37,039 nt of DNA from Octopus sinensis (GCF_006345805.1 NW_021829912.1:1-37039), one strand, 5' to 3'. Counted from the stretch's first letter, positions 1-12,811 are shown. Notes: generated from the sequence alone by a model not told the origin. Numbers and translations: made by a program.

Positions 1-320
1 CAGATGTAATGGGGGAGCATTAATTCACCTTTGGAAACATGGGTGTTTCGTTCAACATCCTTAAACGACTCTTATTCAGGGACCTTTTGAATGGAATGGG
101 CTACTCGCCCTGAAGAAAATTCTGACTCCCCACCACCACCACCTGCAAGGTCATGCGCTGTTTTATCTTGATATGAGATCACCATGTCATGCACATATTG
201 TTGTGATGCATGTGGCTGGTACACCCTTAACAGACGGATAGTCATGATAGGTATACTGGGCTTCGTATATTTTACCCCATTGTCACTTTGATGGCTTGCC
301 TTGCTCTCTCACTCAATGGC

Positions 321-375
<55 letters not shown>

Positions 376-385
376 GAAATAATAA
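1..385 (+). mobile_element. 3' end of a retroposon (SINE/LINE tail) ending in an (AAT)n tail; cut by the window start
   Basis: Complex sequence ends ...CTCTCTCACTCAAT and runs directly into an (AAT)n/(GAT)n tract, a typical retroposon 3' tail. Family not assigned. Confidence 0.45.
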
Positions 386-759
386 TGATGATGATGATGA
401 TGATGTTAGCAGCAACAATAATAATAATAACCAACAGCAATATAAACATAAAAAATCATAACATGCCCAAAAATAATGACCAAAAGATCAACAAAAAAAC
501 AATGATTGTTTATCACTCATACCATTTATATCTGCCATGTAACAAACAACCTATCAAATTAGATGGACACATCCGGGCCTCTAGCGATGTCATCTTGATT
601 GTTCCGTTTTGTTCTTATCAATCAACAAATGTTTCCAGCAGTGAAAAAGATTTTTACCTGAACATATTGCATAATTCTACAGTGTTTCTCCATACTTTTA
701 GAGTTTATTATTCTATCAGCTTCTCTTTAGCTATCCATTCTTCCATCTGTCCGTCCATC

Positions 760-841
760 CGTCCATCCGTCCATCCTTTGATCCATTCAATCATCCGTCC
801 ATCCAACCAACCATCTATCCATTTATTTAGCTCTCGCAACC

Positions 842-896
<55 letters not shown>

Positions 897-986
897 ATAC
901 ACACACACACACACACATATATATTATATATGTGTATATATGTATATATATACCCATTATATTTACGCGAATATTGACACACACAC

Positions 987-1075
<89 letters not shown>
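760..1075. repeat. Compound microsatellite (CCAT)n-(CTAT)n-(CA)n-(TA)n
   Basis: Directly visible; explains the HT/IY-rich ORFs. Confidence 0.95.
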
Positions 1076-1077
<2 letters not shown>

Positions 1078-1549
1078 CTCTTTTACCTCTTTTACTTCTT
1101 TCAGTCATTTGACTTTGGCCATGCTGGAGCACCGCCTTTAGTCGAGAGCAAATCGACCCCAGGACTTATTCTTTGTAAGCCTAGTACTTATTCTATCGGT
1201 CTCTTTTGCCGAACCGCTAAGTTACAGGGACGTAAACACACCAACATCGATTGTCAAGCGATGTTGGAGGGGGTGACAAATACAGACACACACATACACA
1301 TACATACATACATACATACATACATACATACATACATACATACATACATACATACACACACACATACACATACATACATATATATATATATACGACGGGA
1401 TTCTTTTAGTTACTGTCTACCAAATCCACTCACAAGGCTTTGGTTGGCCCGAGGCTATAGTAGAAGACACTTGCCCAAGGTGCCACGCAGTGGGACTGAA
1501 CTTGGAATCATGTGGTTCATAAGCAAGCTACTTACCACACAGCCACTCC
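1076..1549 (-). mobile_element. tRNA-derived SINE, family A, full length
   Basis: Reverse complement starts GGAGTGGCTGTGTGGTAAG (A-box-like) with a B-box-like GGTTC-type motif, has an internal (TA/TACA) microsatellite and ends in (GTAAAAGA)n. Homologous to 7798-8194 and 23631-24068. Confidence 0.9.
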
Positions 1550-1673
1550 TACGCCATTATATATATATATATAATCTACATAGAAATGCACATATGTGAA
1601 TATTCATATCTTTCTATCTATATCTGTATCTATTTAACAATGCAGGTACATATTCAGTATATATATAATATAT

Positions 1674-1723
<50 letters not shown>

Positions 1724-3060
1724 TATATATATATATGTGTGTGTATATGTCTATGTATATACATGTTTAGAACTATATAAAATGGTAATTAAATTGCATA
1801 GCGGTGAGTCTATATATAGGTAGAAACCACAAATAATGAAAGTAACATTTGAAGCTAAGTAGCAAAAAGTAAAAAAAAAATTGTACACTTGGTCAGACAA
1901 TCGAAATCGCATGTGTGAAAAGCGTAGAAATATAAAGCAAATCCAAACAAACAACAAAGAAGTTCACAATGAATCTTAATATACCAAAGGAAAAAACGGA
2001 AGAATATCTGTAGTTTCATGTGATACACTTTATCAAAGAGAAGATAAAACAACAGAAAAATGAACTAAGATGTAAGAGAAAGATAAAAATGCATGATATC
2101 ATAAAAGCCTTCTGTTTACATGGTGGTTCTCAGGTCTTATTCTTCTAGTACGGGTGTACATACAAAGATACATGATGGCCCCTTCCTTGTTCTCCATTAT
2201 AAGATAACGATGCCGGTACGTCAAGCGATGTCTGTGCATGGTGTTTTTAGAGTGAGTAGAAGCCTTCCACACAACCGATCCCACTCTTGAAAAGCGATGG
2301 TTGATACCCCAGAGGGAACTAGTCGACATCATTGGTTGCCATTGAGTGGCGAGTTTTACATCAGAGTTTTCCTTCTCTTAGAGTGATCTCCGAACAAGGA
2401 CTAGTGGACACTCACTCCGGGTAATGTGGTACACCATGCCTACATTCTCGTTCTCATGGTTCCTCTCTAACTGAACCCGTTGTGCTTACCTTTTGTTGAA
2501 AGCGTGTCAATCACCTACACATCCATTTTGTTTTCCGCATCAGTCTCCAGTTTGTCGATGATTGCCGCAGAAACTCTCGCAGTCCACGAGAAATAACAGG
2601 ACCAACCTTCTTATTTCTTGGATGGCCGTTAACTGTAATGAGTTCGTCCATCTTTTGACATATTTTGTTTTTCATCCTGCAGAGTATCCAGTCACCTTAT
2701 TCACTGAGCAAGATTAGCGAGTTTGCCATTTAAGCCACCCACGACCCGACCATGCAATGGTTGTACTGGATTACATGTTACCAGTAGCACTCACAACCAA
2801 CAATAAATCCCCTAATTACTCCTACTAACATTACTCCCATATGACCAATAAAAGAATAAGCAATTAACCTTTTTATATCTCTCTGACCAACACAAATAAT
2901 AGAAGTTAATAACCACCACCCCATAAACAAACAACAAATAATATAACTATATAACCTCTATCTAAAATCTTAAACAAACCTATAAACCGTATAACTCCAT
3001 AACCTCCTAACTTCAATAATACATACATACACGCACGTGCGCGCGCACACACACATACAT

Positions 3061-3475
3061 AGACTTGATATAATGATTTGGGATAGAGAAGAGAAACTGT
3101 GTACAGGTGTGGAAATCAGCTGATGTTAACACAAAACTGAAAAAAAGAATACCTACAATGAACCATTGAGGAATCTGCAGTTACTCTATCCATATTACAA
3201 GTTCAGATTTATACCTGTAATTATTGGGGCACTGGGATATGTAATACACTGCCTAAATATCAATCTTGAAAAAACTAGGCTTCACAAAACCAGAAACGAG
3301 GAAGCTGATTCGAAGGCTACAGATCTAAAACATCGCTGGAACTGTAACAATCTGTAAAACTTTCCAGAAGTTTTTCATTTAAGTATATATGAGCATGTCT
3401 AGACGTGCAACTATATGCATGTCTAGACATGCAAAAACTACCTAAAACAAAACATACAAATCTGCATGTATACAA
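3061..3475 (+). mobile_element. 5'-truncated non-LTR retrotransposon with restriction-like endonuclease (R4/Dong-like), 3' end
   Basis: Frameshifted translation RLDIMIWDREEKLCTGVEIS...LRNLQLLYPYYKFRFIPVIIGALGYVIHCLNINLEK/LGFTKPETRKLIRRLQI*NIAGTVTICKTFQKFFI* matches the PD..D...E core and the V-P-V-I-I-G-A-L-G C-terminus of R4-clade RLE ORFs. Stop at ~3382, short 3'UTR, then (CATA)n. Confidence 0.75.
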
Positions 3476-3929
3476 TCATACATACATACATACATACATA
3501 CATACATACATACATACATACTACATACGTACGTACGTACATACATACATACATATACATACATACATACATACATACATACATACATACATACATACAT
3601 ACATACATAGTATATGTATCACGATTTGTGAGAGATATTTTTTGAAAAAGTTGCTTCCCAACCACATGCGTGTGTGTGTATGTGAGAGAGAGTGTGTGTG
3701 CATGTTTGTGTGTGTGTGTTTGTGTGTGTGGGTGTGTTGGTGTGAGTATGTGTGTGCGTTTGTGAGTATGTGCGTGTGAGTATGTATATGTGTGTGAATA
3801 TGTGCGTTTGTGTGTGTGTGTGTATATGTATGTATGTGTGCGTGCGCGTGTGTGAGTGTATCTGTGTGTGTGCAAGTGTGTAGGTTATATTTAAGTGTGT
3901 CGGAAATGTTATTTCACCGCGACTGTTCC

Positions 3930-4078
3930 CTATAATCCTTTCTACTCAAGGAACAAGGCCTGAAATTTGGCGGAAGGAGATGAGTCGATTACATAGACCC
4001 AGTGAATAACTGGTACTTAATTTATCGACCTCGAAAGGACGAAAGGCAAAGTCAACCCCGGCAGCATTTGAACTCTAT
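3930..4078 (-). mobile_element. SINE family B, 3' half
   Basis: Contains the reverse complement of the family-B central block GACTTTGCCTTTCRTCCTTTCGRGGTCGATAAATTAAGTACCAG and the tail CAAATTTCAGGCCTTGT. Confidence 0.85.
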
Positions 4079-4299
4079 AATATAACCCCAGCAATAGAGA
4101 AAGCACATTATACCAGAGAAACCATTTACTTTTGCAGAATATTACTTCATACTGGACTTTTATGCGGGTACCAAGTTCAAGTGGGTACATTAAGCAGTGA
4201 AGGAGGTACCTTTAATTTAGCCTTTGATCTGTCGATCGTGTCTCGTGTTTTGTTTCACGCTAAAATAATCTCCCTTATCAGCCATGTTATGTTGACCTT

Positions 4300-4672
4300 G
4301 TTATTGCTGTCGTCGTTGTTGATGTTATTGTTGTTGTTGGAGGTGGTGGTGGTAGTTGTGGAGGTGGTGGTGGTGGTGGTGGTGGTGCCGGTGGCGGCGG
4401 TGGTGTGGTGTAGTATGGTGACGGTGGCGGGGTGCTGAGGTGGCGGCAGTGGTGGTAGTGGTGGCGGTGATGGCGAGGGTGGTGGTGGTGGGGGTTGTGG
4501 AGGTGGGGGTGGTGGTGGTGGTGGTGGTAGTGGTTCTGTTGGCGGCGGTGGTGTGGTGTGGTATGGTGGTAGTGGTGGCGGGGTGCTGAGGTGGCGGCAG
4601 TGGTGGTAGTGGTAGCGGTGGCGGTGATGGCGAGGGTGGTGGTGGTGGTGGTGGTGGTTGTGGAGGTGGCGG
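4300..4672. repeat. (GGT/GGC)n low-complexity tract with an internal ~150-bp duplication
   Basis: The block GGCGGGGTGCTGAGGTGGCGGCAGTGGTGGTAGTGG...GATGGCGAGGGTGG occurs twice, at ~4425 and ~4575. Confidence 0.9.
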
Positions 4673-4932
4673 TTCTATCATGCTGAAGATAAAAATAACG
4701 AAAATAATCACACCGATAACTGCTTTCTTGGAAGAAAAGAGAAAAGCTTTAGGAAAACGAAAGTTCTCATGCTTTAGAGACAAGTTATGACACACATATA
4801 TAAATTTACATACATATATACATATACATGCATACATATACATATGTACATATATAAATATATATATATATATGTATATAAATATGTACATAAATATATG
4901 TATATATGTGTGTGTGTGTGTATACAAAAAAA

Positions 4933-4968
<36 letters not shown>

Positions 4969-5127
4969 TGTATGTATGTATATGTATATATAAACATACA
5001 TACGTATCTTGGTCTCCTTCTTTTTACATTTCGTTTTCTTATAATACAATTTCTTCCTCTTTTCCAAGAAACGGATCACCAATATGTGTCAGTTTTCTCT
5101 CTTTCTCCTTTTATATATCTCTCTATG

Positions 5128-5206
<79 letters not shown>

Positions 5207-5346
5207 GTCTATCTATCTATGTCTCTCTCTCTCTCTCACATACACACGCACGCACGCACGCACGCGCACACACTCACACATCTACAGACTCACACACACA
5301 CACATACACGATAGGTACAGTTGTAGACAGGTATGTATGCACATAT

Positions 5347-5775
5347 TCTTTTATTCTTTTAGTTTTTTCAGTCATTTGACGGCGACCATGCTCGAGCACT
5401 GCCTTTAGTCGAAGAAATCGATCCCAGGACTTCTTCTTAGTAAGCCTAGTACTTATTCTATCGGTTTCTTTTCCTGAACCGCTAAGTTACGGGAACATAA
5501 GCACACCAACATCGGATGTCAAGCGATGGTGGGGGCACAAACACAGATATTTAAGTACATACATCCATACATACACAGATACATACACACAGCCACACAC
5601 ATACACACACACACACACACCACACACACACACGTATATATACACGAAGGGTTTATTTCAGTTTCCGCCTACCAAATCCACTCACAAGGCTTTGGTCGGC
5701 CCGTGGCCATAGTAGAAGACACTTGCAAAAGGAGGGCCAAGGTGTCATTTTTACGTTAGGGAGGATTGAACCCGG
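5347..5775 (-). mobile_element. SINE family A, head decayed
   Basis: Homology to family A tail and body (CAGTCATTTGAC, AAGCCTAGTACTTATTCTATCGG, CCAAATCCACTCACAAGGCTTTGG). Confidence 0.85.
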
Positions 5776-5825
5776 ATTGCATGTATATATACAATAGACA
5801 TACATACGTACATTATATATATATA

Positions 5826-5867
<42 letters not shown>

Positions 5868-5900
5868 ATATATATATTCTATTTATATATATACAGTATT

Positions 5901-5941
<41 letters not shown>

Positions 5942-6141
5942 GTACATACGAATGATGTATGTATGTATGTATGTATATATATATGGGGTGCGTAGCATAT
6001 TTGAGGACAGATTTATGCTTATCAAAAGCATATATAGAATAATAGATAATAACTTTATTTATCAAAAAGTGCTATCAGGATAAAAATAAATATTTTCTGA
6101 CAAATTGACTTTTGAGACACACGCGCACACACACACACACA

Positions 6142-6195
<54 letters not shown>

Positions 6196-6289
6196 CACAC
6201 ACAACACACACACATTATAACGATAATCGTAAGATGAAATTTATAAACATATAATGCATCGCTATGCGCGTTTCCACAAATTAGACGAT

Positions 6290-6396
6290 TTTTAGGATCA
6301 CAGTCATTGTTCCTGGGATGATTACTATGTAGTCGTTGTAATCGACTGACTCTCTCACCTCGAAATAGCTGGCCTTGTGCCATAGCTTGAAACTAA
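6290..6396 (+). mobile_element. SINE family B, decayed 3' fragment
   Basis: GTAATCGACT...GCTGGCCTTGTGCCATAGCTTGAAAC resembles the family-B tail. Confidence 0.5.
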
Positions 6397-6821
6397 TATT
6401 TCGGGTCAAAACTCTTTATCAATAATTCATTTTTTATTGTATTTTAAATTGTGATATATATTTCAAAGATAATGCCAAATGTATTTCCGTTATATTTTCA
6501 GTGGCAATTTTAATTACTGCTGAGTGTTTGTTATTCCCAGCACTTAAAAATACTCACATTCTATCCCCAAGAGTTTTATAATTATCCTCCTATTAATAAA
6601 TATATCCTAAAACAGATTGATTAAAAGCATATTTTTAAAGTTCTAAGAGAGCAACCGTCTCCACTTCGATTTAACTGTTCACTCTCCAACTCCCCGTTCT
6701 CTTTCTATCTGTCTTTTACTCACTATCTCTATATATTATGTATAATATTATGAATATCATACACACACACACACACATACACACCACACACACACAGATA
6801 CACACCAAAAAATATGTCTGA

Positions 6822-7125
6822 CTAATTTGCATAACAGTACAGGCGCTGATAGAGTGGTAATTTAACTGATCAATAATCGATTAATATCAAGTTGGTAATG
6901 TTTTCATGATACATTATATAGCGGCCAGAAGGTGCTGTGTACACCATTAGTAATAAACACGCGCGTGCACACACACACACACAACTTTCAAACTCGCACG
7001 TATATACATAGATTGATTCAGAAGTTTTTTTTAGCATTTAAGTGATTCATTATTATTTTATCTTTTTATTTCTGCTATTTTGATACTATCTTTATAGTAT
7101 TTTGTGTTTATTTATATATATATCT

Positions 7126-7160
<35 letters not shown>

Positions 7161-7430
7161 ATTATATCTTTAGGGAACCCGAACTGGATCAAAGCTGAAC
7201 TGGTTTGTCATATTTGCATAACAGTCCGGGCGCTGACAACGTTGTCACTTAATTGATAAATAATTGATTAATATAAATTGGTTAACCTATTAATGACGCA
7301 TTGTCCTACGTCCAAAATTTGCTGAGTAGTGCATTAGTAATACCCCCCACCCACAAACACATTGAGGCACAGCACACACACATACACATATTGTGATTCA
7401 AAAGGCTCTTAGCATTTAAATGATACATAA
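6822..7430. repeat. Diverged direct duplication of ~230 bp (6822-7055 and 7209-7430)
   Basis: Both copies share ATTTGCATAACAGT.C.GGCGCTGA, GATTAATAT.AA.TTGGT, CATTAGTAATA and TTAGCATTTAA.TGAT in the same order. Confidence 0.75.
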
Positions 7431-7655
7431 TCTATATATTTAGTTACAGTTTTGCTTTATTTTTATAACTAGCGTTGTGTGATTTGTTGTGCGGGTGTGT
7501 ATGAGCGTGCATGTATTTGTGTGTGTCTGTGTGTGTTTGGTAAGAGAGATAGGCCAGAGTTGTCAGTGATGTATTTGAAAAGCAGACAAATACAGGTATA
7601 ACAAATACTCTACAACATATATTCTTAATTCATTTATATTACCTTTCTTCTAGAT

Positions 7656-8356
7656 CAGAGCTATTTAAAAATGGTGGTCCGCGGACCATTGCCGGTCGCC
7701 AGCCATCAGCTGCCGGTACGCAACGAGTTTCCAGAAAAGAAAGAAACATTATAAAATGCTTATGAAATGCTTATAAAATGCTTATGTAATAGACACAGGA
7801 GTGGCTGCGTGGTAAGTAGCTTGCTTACCGACCATATGGTTCCGGGTTCAGTCCCACTGCGTGGCACCTTGGGCAAGTGCCTTCTACGATAGCCTCGGGC
7901 CGACCAGTGGATTTGGTAGACGGAAACTGAAAGAATCCCGTCTTATATATATATATATATGTGTGTGTATGTGTGTGTATGTTTGTGTGTCTGTGATTTT
8001 CCCCCCTCAACATCGCTTGACAACCGATGCTGGTGTGTTTACGTCCCCGTAACCTAGCGGTTCGGCAAAAGAGACCGATAGAATAAGTACTAGACTTACA
8101 AAGCATAAGTCCTGGTGTCGATTTGCTCGACTAAAGGCGGTGCTCCAGCATGGTCGCTGTCAAATGACTGAAACAAGTAACAGAGTAAAAGAGTGTTTAC
8201 AAAATAAACATAAGAAAAAATTAACTTTTATTATATTCATAACATATATTGCTTCCGGTATAAACTAATATTACTAAGAAATATTAGCGGTCCTTGGCAC
8301 ATTGGAAAAAAAAAAACTACCGGTACGCCACATCAGATAGTTTGAGAGAAGCACTA
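7656..8356. mobile_element. hAT (Charlie/MER-type) MITE interrupted by a family A SINE
   Basis: Left end CAGAGCTATTTAAAAATGGTGGTCCGCGGACC and right end AGTTTGAGAGAAGCACTA. Flanking 8-mers TTCTAGAT and CTCTTGAA fit the nTCTAGAn target typical of Charlie-type hATs. Confidence 0.6.
7798..8194 (+). mobile_element. SINE family A, near full length, nested in the hAT MITE
   Basis: Head GGAGTGGCTGCGTGGTAAG...GGTTCAGTCCC and (AGAGTAAA) tail. Confidence 0.9.
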
Positions 8357-8882
8357 CTCTTGAAGACTTGTAATATTACGAAATTGCAATTATGATCAGT
8401 TCCATATGAGAAGAAATCATCTTAAGATTCAAGCATCCTTTAAAATATCGTAAAAGGAACTCATGATTTTGAAGTCTTAGAACTCCATCGACCTATTAAA
8501 TTCTAGAACTGAGACTGTTACAAAATGTAAGCATCACGACAAGCTTCTATTATTGACTCAGCACTAACTATTATTCTCAGTTCTTTCTGTTCGGAACATC
8601 GGCCTTCTGTTTTAGATTTTCTTTGCACCTCTTTATGTGTAATTTAAATATAACTAAAGCGACATTACGTTTACTGGTCACAGTGTCCCCAACAAATATC
8701 AAAGAAATTGCTCTTCCTCTGCAGTCCACAATTTAAAAAATTAAATGTTTTGAGATTTTTGTTATTAAATCTATATTTAGATTAAGACAAAGGGGTTGTT
8801 GTGCCTGAGATTTTTGGGACTTGAAAGCGAGAACGTTTTGTCGCATGTATAGTCTTATCTGTGTACTCAGCAAAGTTGACCA

Positions 8883-9155
8883 GGCCTTCATGGCTCAGTA
8901 GTTAGAGTATCGCTCTCACAATCATGAGGTAGTGAGTTCGATATCGGGATCGAGCTGTGTGATGTGTCCTTGCGCAAGACACTATATTTCACGTTGCTGC
9001 AGTTCACTCATCTGTAGAAATGAGTTACGGCGTCACTGATGTGAAGCTGTATCGGCCTTTCTCGGAAACAAACTTGCTAGGACTTGTGCCTCGGAGGGTA
9101 ACTTTTTAGTTGTAATCCCATGGTTATTCATGACCAAAGAGTGTCCTTACCTTTT
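8883..9155 (+). mobile_element. tRNA-derived SINE family D with a CORE-like domain
   Basis: Head GGCTCAGTAGTTAGAG...GAGTTCGAT followed by CCTTGCGCAAGACAC...CAGTTCACTCATCTGTAGAAATGAG, which resembles the MIR/CORE block. Second copy at 25003-25332. Confidence 0.75.
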
Positions 9156-9197
9156 AACCTGAGTGATAATAGAATGTTATTCATCAAGAAGCGAATA

Positions 9198-9699
9198 TAT
9201 TGGGCTGTCCGGAAAGTTCATGCCGATTTTTAAAAGAAAGAAAAAGGTCAATAAATACTTGCCATTACATTTTTAACGAACCAAATATGAACCATTTTGT
9301 TGCCCAATGCATCTCCATTTTTCCTTTAACTTGAAAATACCCTCTTCCCAGAATCGAGGTGGTTTCATGGCAAAGAATTCATCAAGGTATCTTTTTACGT
9401 CATCCAATGAACTGAAATGTTTACCATTAAGACTATTCTGCAGAGATCTGAATAAATGGAAATCCGAAGGAACAATATCTGGTGAATATGAAAGGTGGGG
9501 TAGCTTATCTTCTATTTTAAAGGGTTACAGAATTAACACAGGTTATAGGAACATAAACCTTCTTCCACGAAAAGATAGCTTAAACTGTGCTCTAAATGGA
9601 GGTGTAGTGAAATCCTATTTTATAGACTCAACCATGTTCTAAAATAAGTCGAAAGATAAGCTACAATAAATCGGCACGAACTTTCCGGACAACACAGTA
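9198..9699 (-). mobile_element. Internally deleted mariner transposon with both TIRs
   Basis: TIRs TATTGGGCTGTCCGGAAAGTTCATGCCGATTT and AAATCGGCACGAACTTTCCGGACAACACAGTA, flanked by TA. Confidence 0.9.
9273..9524 (-). pseudogene. Mariner transposase C-terminal remnant
   Basis: Translates LPHLSYSPDIVPSDFHLFRSLQNSLNGKHFSSLDDVKRYLDEFFAMKPPRFWEEGIFKLKEKWRCIGQQNGSYLVR*, matching the mariner YSPDL(A)PSD motif. Confidence 0.9.
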
Positions 9700-9924
9700 T
9701 ATTCTTTACATTAGCAATAATCTATAATGTTTCTATGCATTGTTTATATACGAACGCAATACTCAACCGGGTAAGAGAACTAAAAGAAAAAAAAAATCCT
9801 CTGACTCCAGCTGCTGGTCTATAGAACACAGCTTAAAAATTATTCTTTTCCCTTTACTTCTAATCTAGTGACGTTTACGATCAACCAAAGAGGGGATCGA
9901 ACGAAACTGTAGTTCGCATTAATG

Positions 9925-10069
9925 AACCCTTTGCTTCCCAACCGCATGGATCCGGGTTCAGTCCGATGGCGTGGTACATTGGACAAGCGTCTTCTGCTAT
10001 AGCCTTGGGCCGACCAAAGCCTTGTAAGTGGTTTTGGTAGACGGAACTGAAAGAAACCCATCGTGTATT

Positions 10070-10078
<9 letters not shown>
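9925..10078 (+). mobile_element. SINE family A, 5' half
   Basis: Head and first body block are present and stop at the internal microsatellite. Confidence 0.8.
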
Positions 10079-10125
<47 letters not shown>

Positions 10126-10312
10126 GTACTACTAATATAGGATGAAGTTTTTTTACAGAAAAATATTTCATTAAAAAAGTTGCAGCATATTAAAATACCT
10201 TTAAAGGTTAAAATTATAAACAAGAGCAAAAGAAAATTATTTGGCATAGAAATAATTTTCTTTTGCCCTTGTTTATAAGTTGTTTGTATATATTTGTATA
10301 TAATATATATAT

Positions 10313-10688
10313 GACGCTCGCTTCCCAACATAGTTCCAGGTTAAGTCCCAGTGCGTGGCACATTGTGGGAGTGTCTTCAAATGTAGCCTCGAACCGACCA
10401 AAGCCGCGTGAACAGATTTAGTAGACGGAAACTGAAGGGAAGCCTGTCGCAAATATATGTATATGTATCTATCTGTGTGCTTGTGTCTGTGTTCGCCCTC
10501 CCGCCATCGCTTGACAACCGATGTTGGTGTATTTACGTCCCCGTAATCCAGCAGTTCGGCCAAAAAAGAACAGATAGAATAAGCACAAGGCTTACTCCTG
10601 GGTCGATTTGTTCGACTAAAAGCCTTTAAGCCGGTGCTCGAACATTGTCGCAGTCTAATGACTGGACTGAGACAAGTAACAGAGTAAC
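10313..10688 (+). mobile_element. SINE family A, diverged
   Basis: Colinear with family A from the B-box region to the GACAAGTAACAGAG tail. Confidence 0.85.
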
Positions 10689-10719
10689 ATAGTAATACAT
10701 TATACACACTACATATATT

Positions 10720-11019
10720 ATATACGTGCGCATGTGATTGTGTGTGTGTGTGCGCGCGTGCGTGTGTGTTCTGTGCGTATGTGTATGCGTGCGTGTCTGT
10801 GTGTGCCTGTGCGTGTGTGATTGTGTGTGTATGTCTATGTGTGTGTGTAGGTCGGGCGCCTACATGCTGTGATATGTTAATTTGTGTCAAATAAACAGGC
10901 GATGCATAATCTAACATATACAAATCTCTGTCAATTTCAGGCATGGGTATTGAGTACTTCCTATTTTTGTAAAACTATACAGGCAACATGGCTCCTCTTT
11001 CTCTGCATGGGTTTATACA

Positions 11020-11060
<41 letters not shown>

Positions 11061-11249
11061 ATATATACAGCATAAATATGGATGTATGGGTGTATGGATG
11101 TGTGTATATGTATATATATATATACTATCTATCTATTTCTCTCTATATATCTATGTCTGTCAGTCTATCTGTCTGCCAGTCTGTCTGTCGTCAGTCTGTC
11201 TGTCTGTCAGTCTGTCTGTCTGTCTGTCTCTGTTTCCCCCCCTCTCTCT

Positions 11250-11283
<34 letters not shown>

Positions 11284-11451
11284 AGATATATATATATACA
11301 CACATATATATATGTTATATGCGTGTCGTGTTTTGTATACACTTATTAGATTTAGTAGTTAATGCATACAAACACGTACCTACATACCTACCTACTTAAG
11401 CACACATTAGATATACATACATTTATAAATATATATATATGTATATATGTA

Positions 11452-11485
<34 letters not shown>

Positions 11486-11533
11486 ATCTTCTGTATCTCC
11501 TCTATCTCTCTCCCTCTCTCTTCTTTCTTTCTT

Positions 11534-11571
<38 letters not shown>

Positions 11572-11815
11572 ATAAATTTATACACATACATACGTATGCA
11601 CATACATACATACATACATACATGCATGCATACATACATACACACACATACATACACACACACATACATACATACATACATACACACACACATGCATACA
11701 CACACACATACATACACACATACATACATACACACATACATACATACATACATACATACAAACATACACACATACATACATACATACATGCATGCGTACT
11801 CACGCATACATGTAT
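10720..11815. repeat. Extended compound microsatellite block: (GT)n, (TA)n, (TCTG)n, (TCTA)n, (TACA/CA)n
   Basis: Directly visible. Confidence 0.9.
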
Positions 11816-12351
11816 CTCTGTATACATTGAATGTCGGACACAAGATATGGCAGATATTTAAATGTTTAGCGTGCTCCTCACACCTCTTAGATTCAGTGAC
11901 ATTTCCAAAACACTGAAACAGGAGTATCACGACTGTCAGAGCATCATCCACCCAAACCTCACCCCCTGTTCTACAGTGCTATGGGCTCAACAAGGGTATG
12001 TAAACAGAAACACGTCCCCATCCATACTCTCACCTACCCGGTTTAGATCACACGGAGGTTTAACAACACCTGTGCTAATAAAGTTTAAATGTTGCGGTCA
12101 CTGCGGCGATAGGATAGACTGAATTTTGTATCTATTAGATGTTTGTTTGAATAAAAGTGTGTGTGTGAGTTTGAGTGTGCGTGTGTATGCCAGTGTGAGA
12201 TCATACAGGCACTACTCACGCGTATATATATGTATATATTATATACATTATATAAATATATAAATTTTAATATATATATGTATATATTATATATATTATA
12301 TAGATATATATATATATATTTAAGTGTGAATGTATATCTATCTATCTATCG

Positions 12352-12386
<35 letters not shown>

Positions 12387-12563
12387 CACACACACACCAC
12401 ACACACACAACACATATATATAATATATAACATATTTATATGCATATATATATATATATATCCATTTATTTATGCATACGTTGGACGTCGGACAGGAAAT
12501 ACGGTGCGCATTTAAATTTCTCACAAAGTACACATGCATACGCATATATAATATGTATGTATG

Positions 12564-12599
<36 letters not shown>

Positions 12600-12735
12600 A
12601 TATATATATACATACGTTAAACCCTCCTTCTTTCCTTCTTACCTGAGCGTCCAGTAATACTATATTTGTTCCACGTCCTCGCGTTGTGTTTTTTGTGCTT
12701 TCTTGTTTGGATCAACTAACTATATATATATATAT

Positions 12736-12766
<31 letters not shown>

Positions 12767-12768
12767 GC

Positions 12769-12811
<43 letters not shown>

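Noticed and set aside
301-1599. 432-aa ORF and the many HT/IY/VC/YL-rich ORFs
   Set aside because: They are translations of di-, tri- and tetranucleotide microsatellites and SINE bodies, with no domain content.
2003-2042. Hammerhead-like minus-strand motif TTGATAA...GAAAC
   Set aside because: Two core mismatches, weak stem II and no convincing stem I.
2330-2680. Possible RTE-type LINE fragment or a minus-strand exon ending AAAAG|GTAAGC
   Set aside because: Similarity to RTE is only impressionistic, and all frames across the putative exon contain stops.
9307-9642. 111-aa plus-strand ORF
   Set aside because: It is the antisense frame of the mariner transposase remnant.
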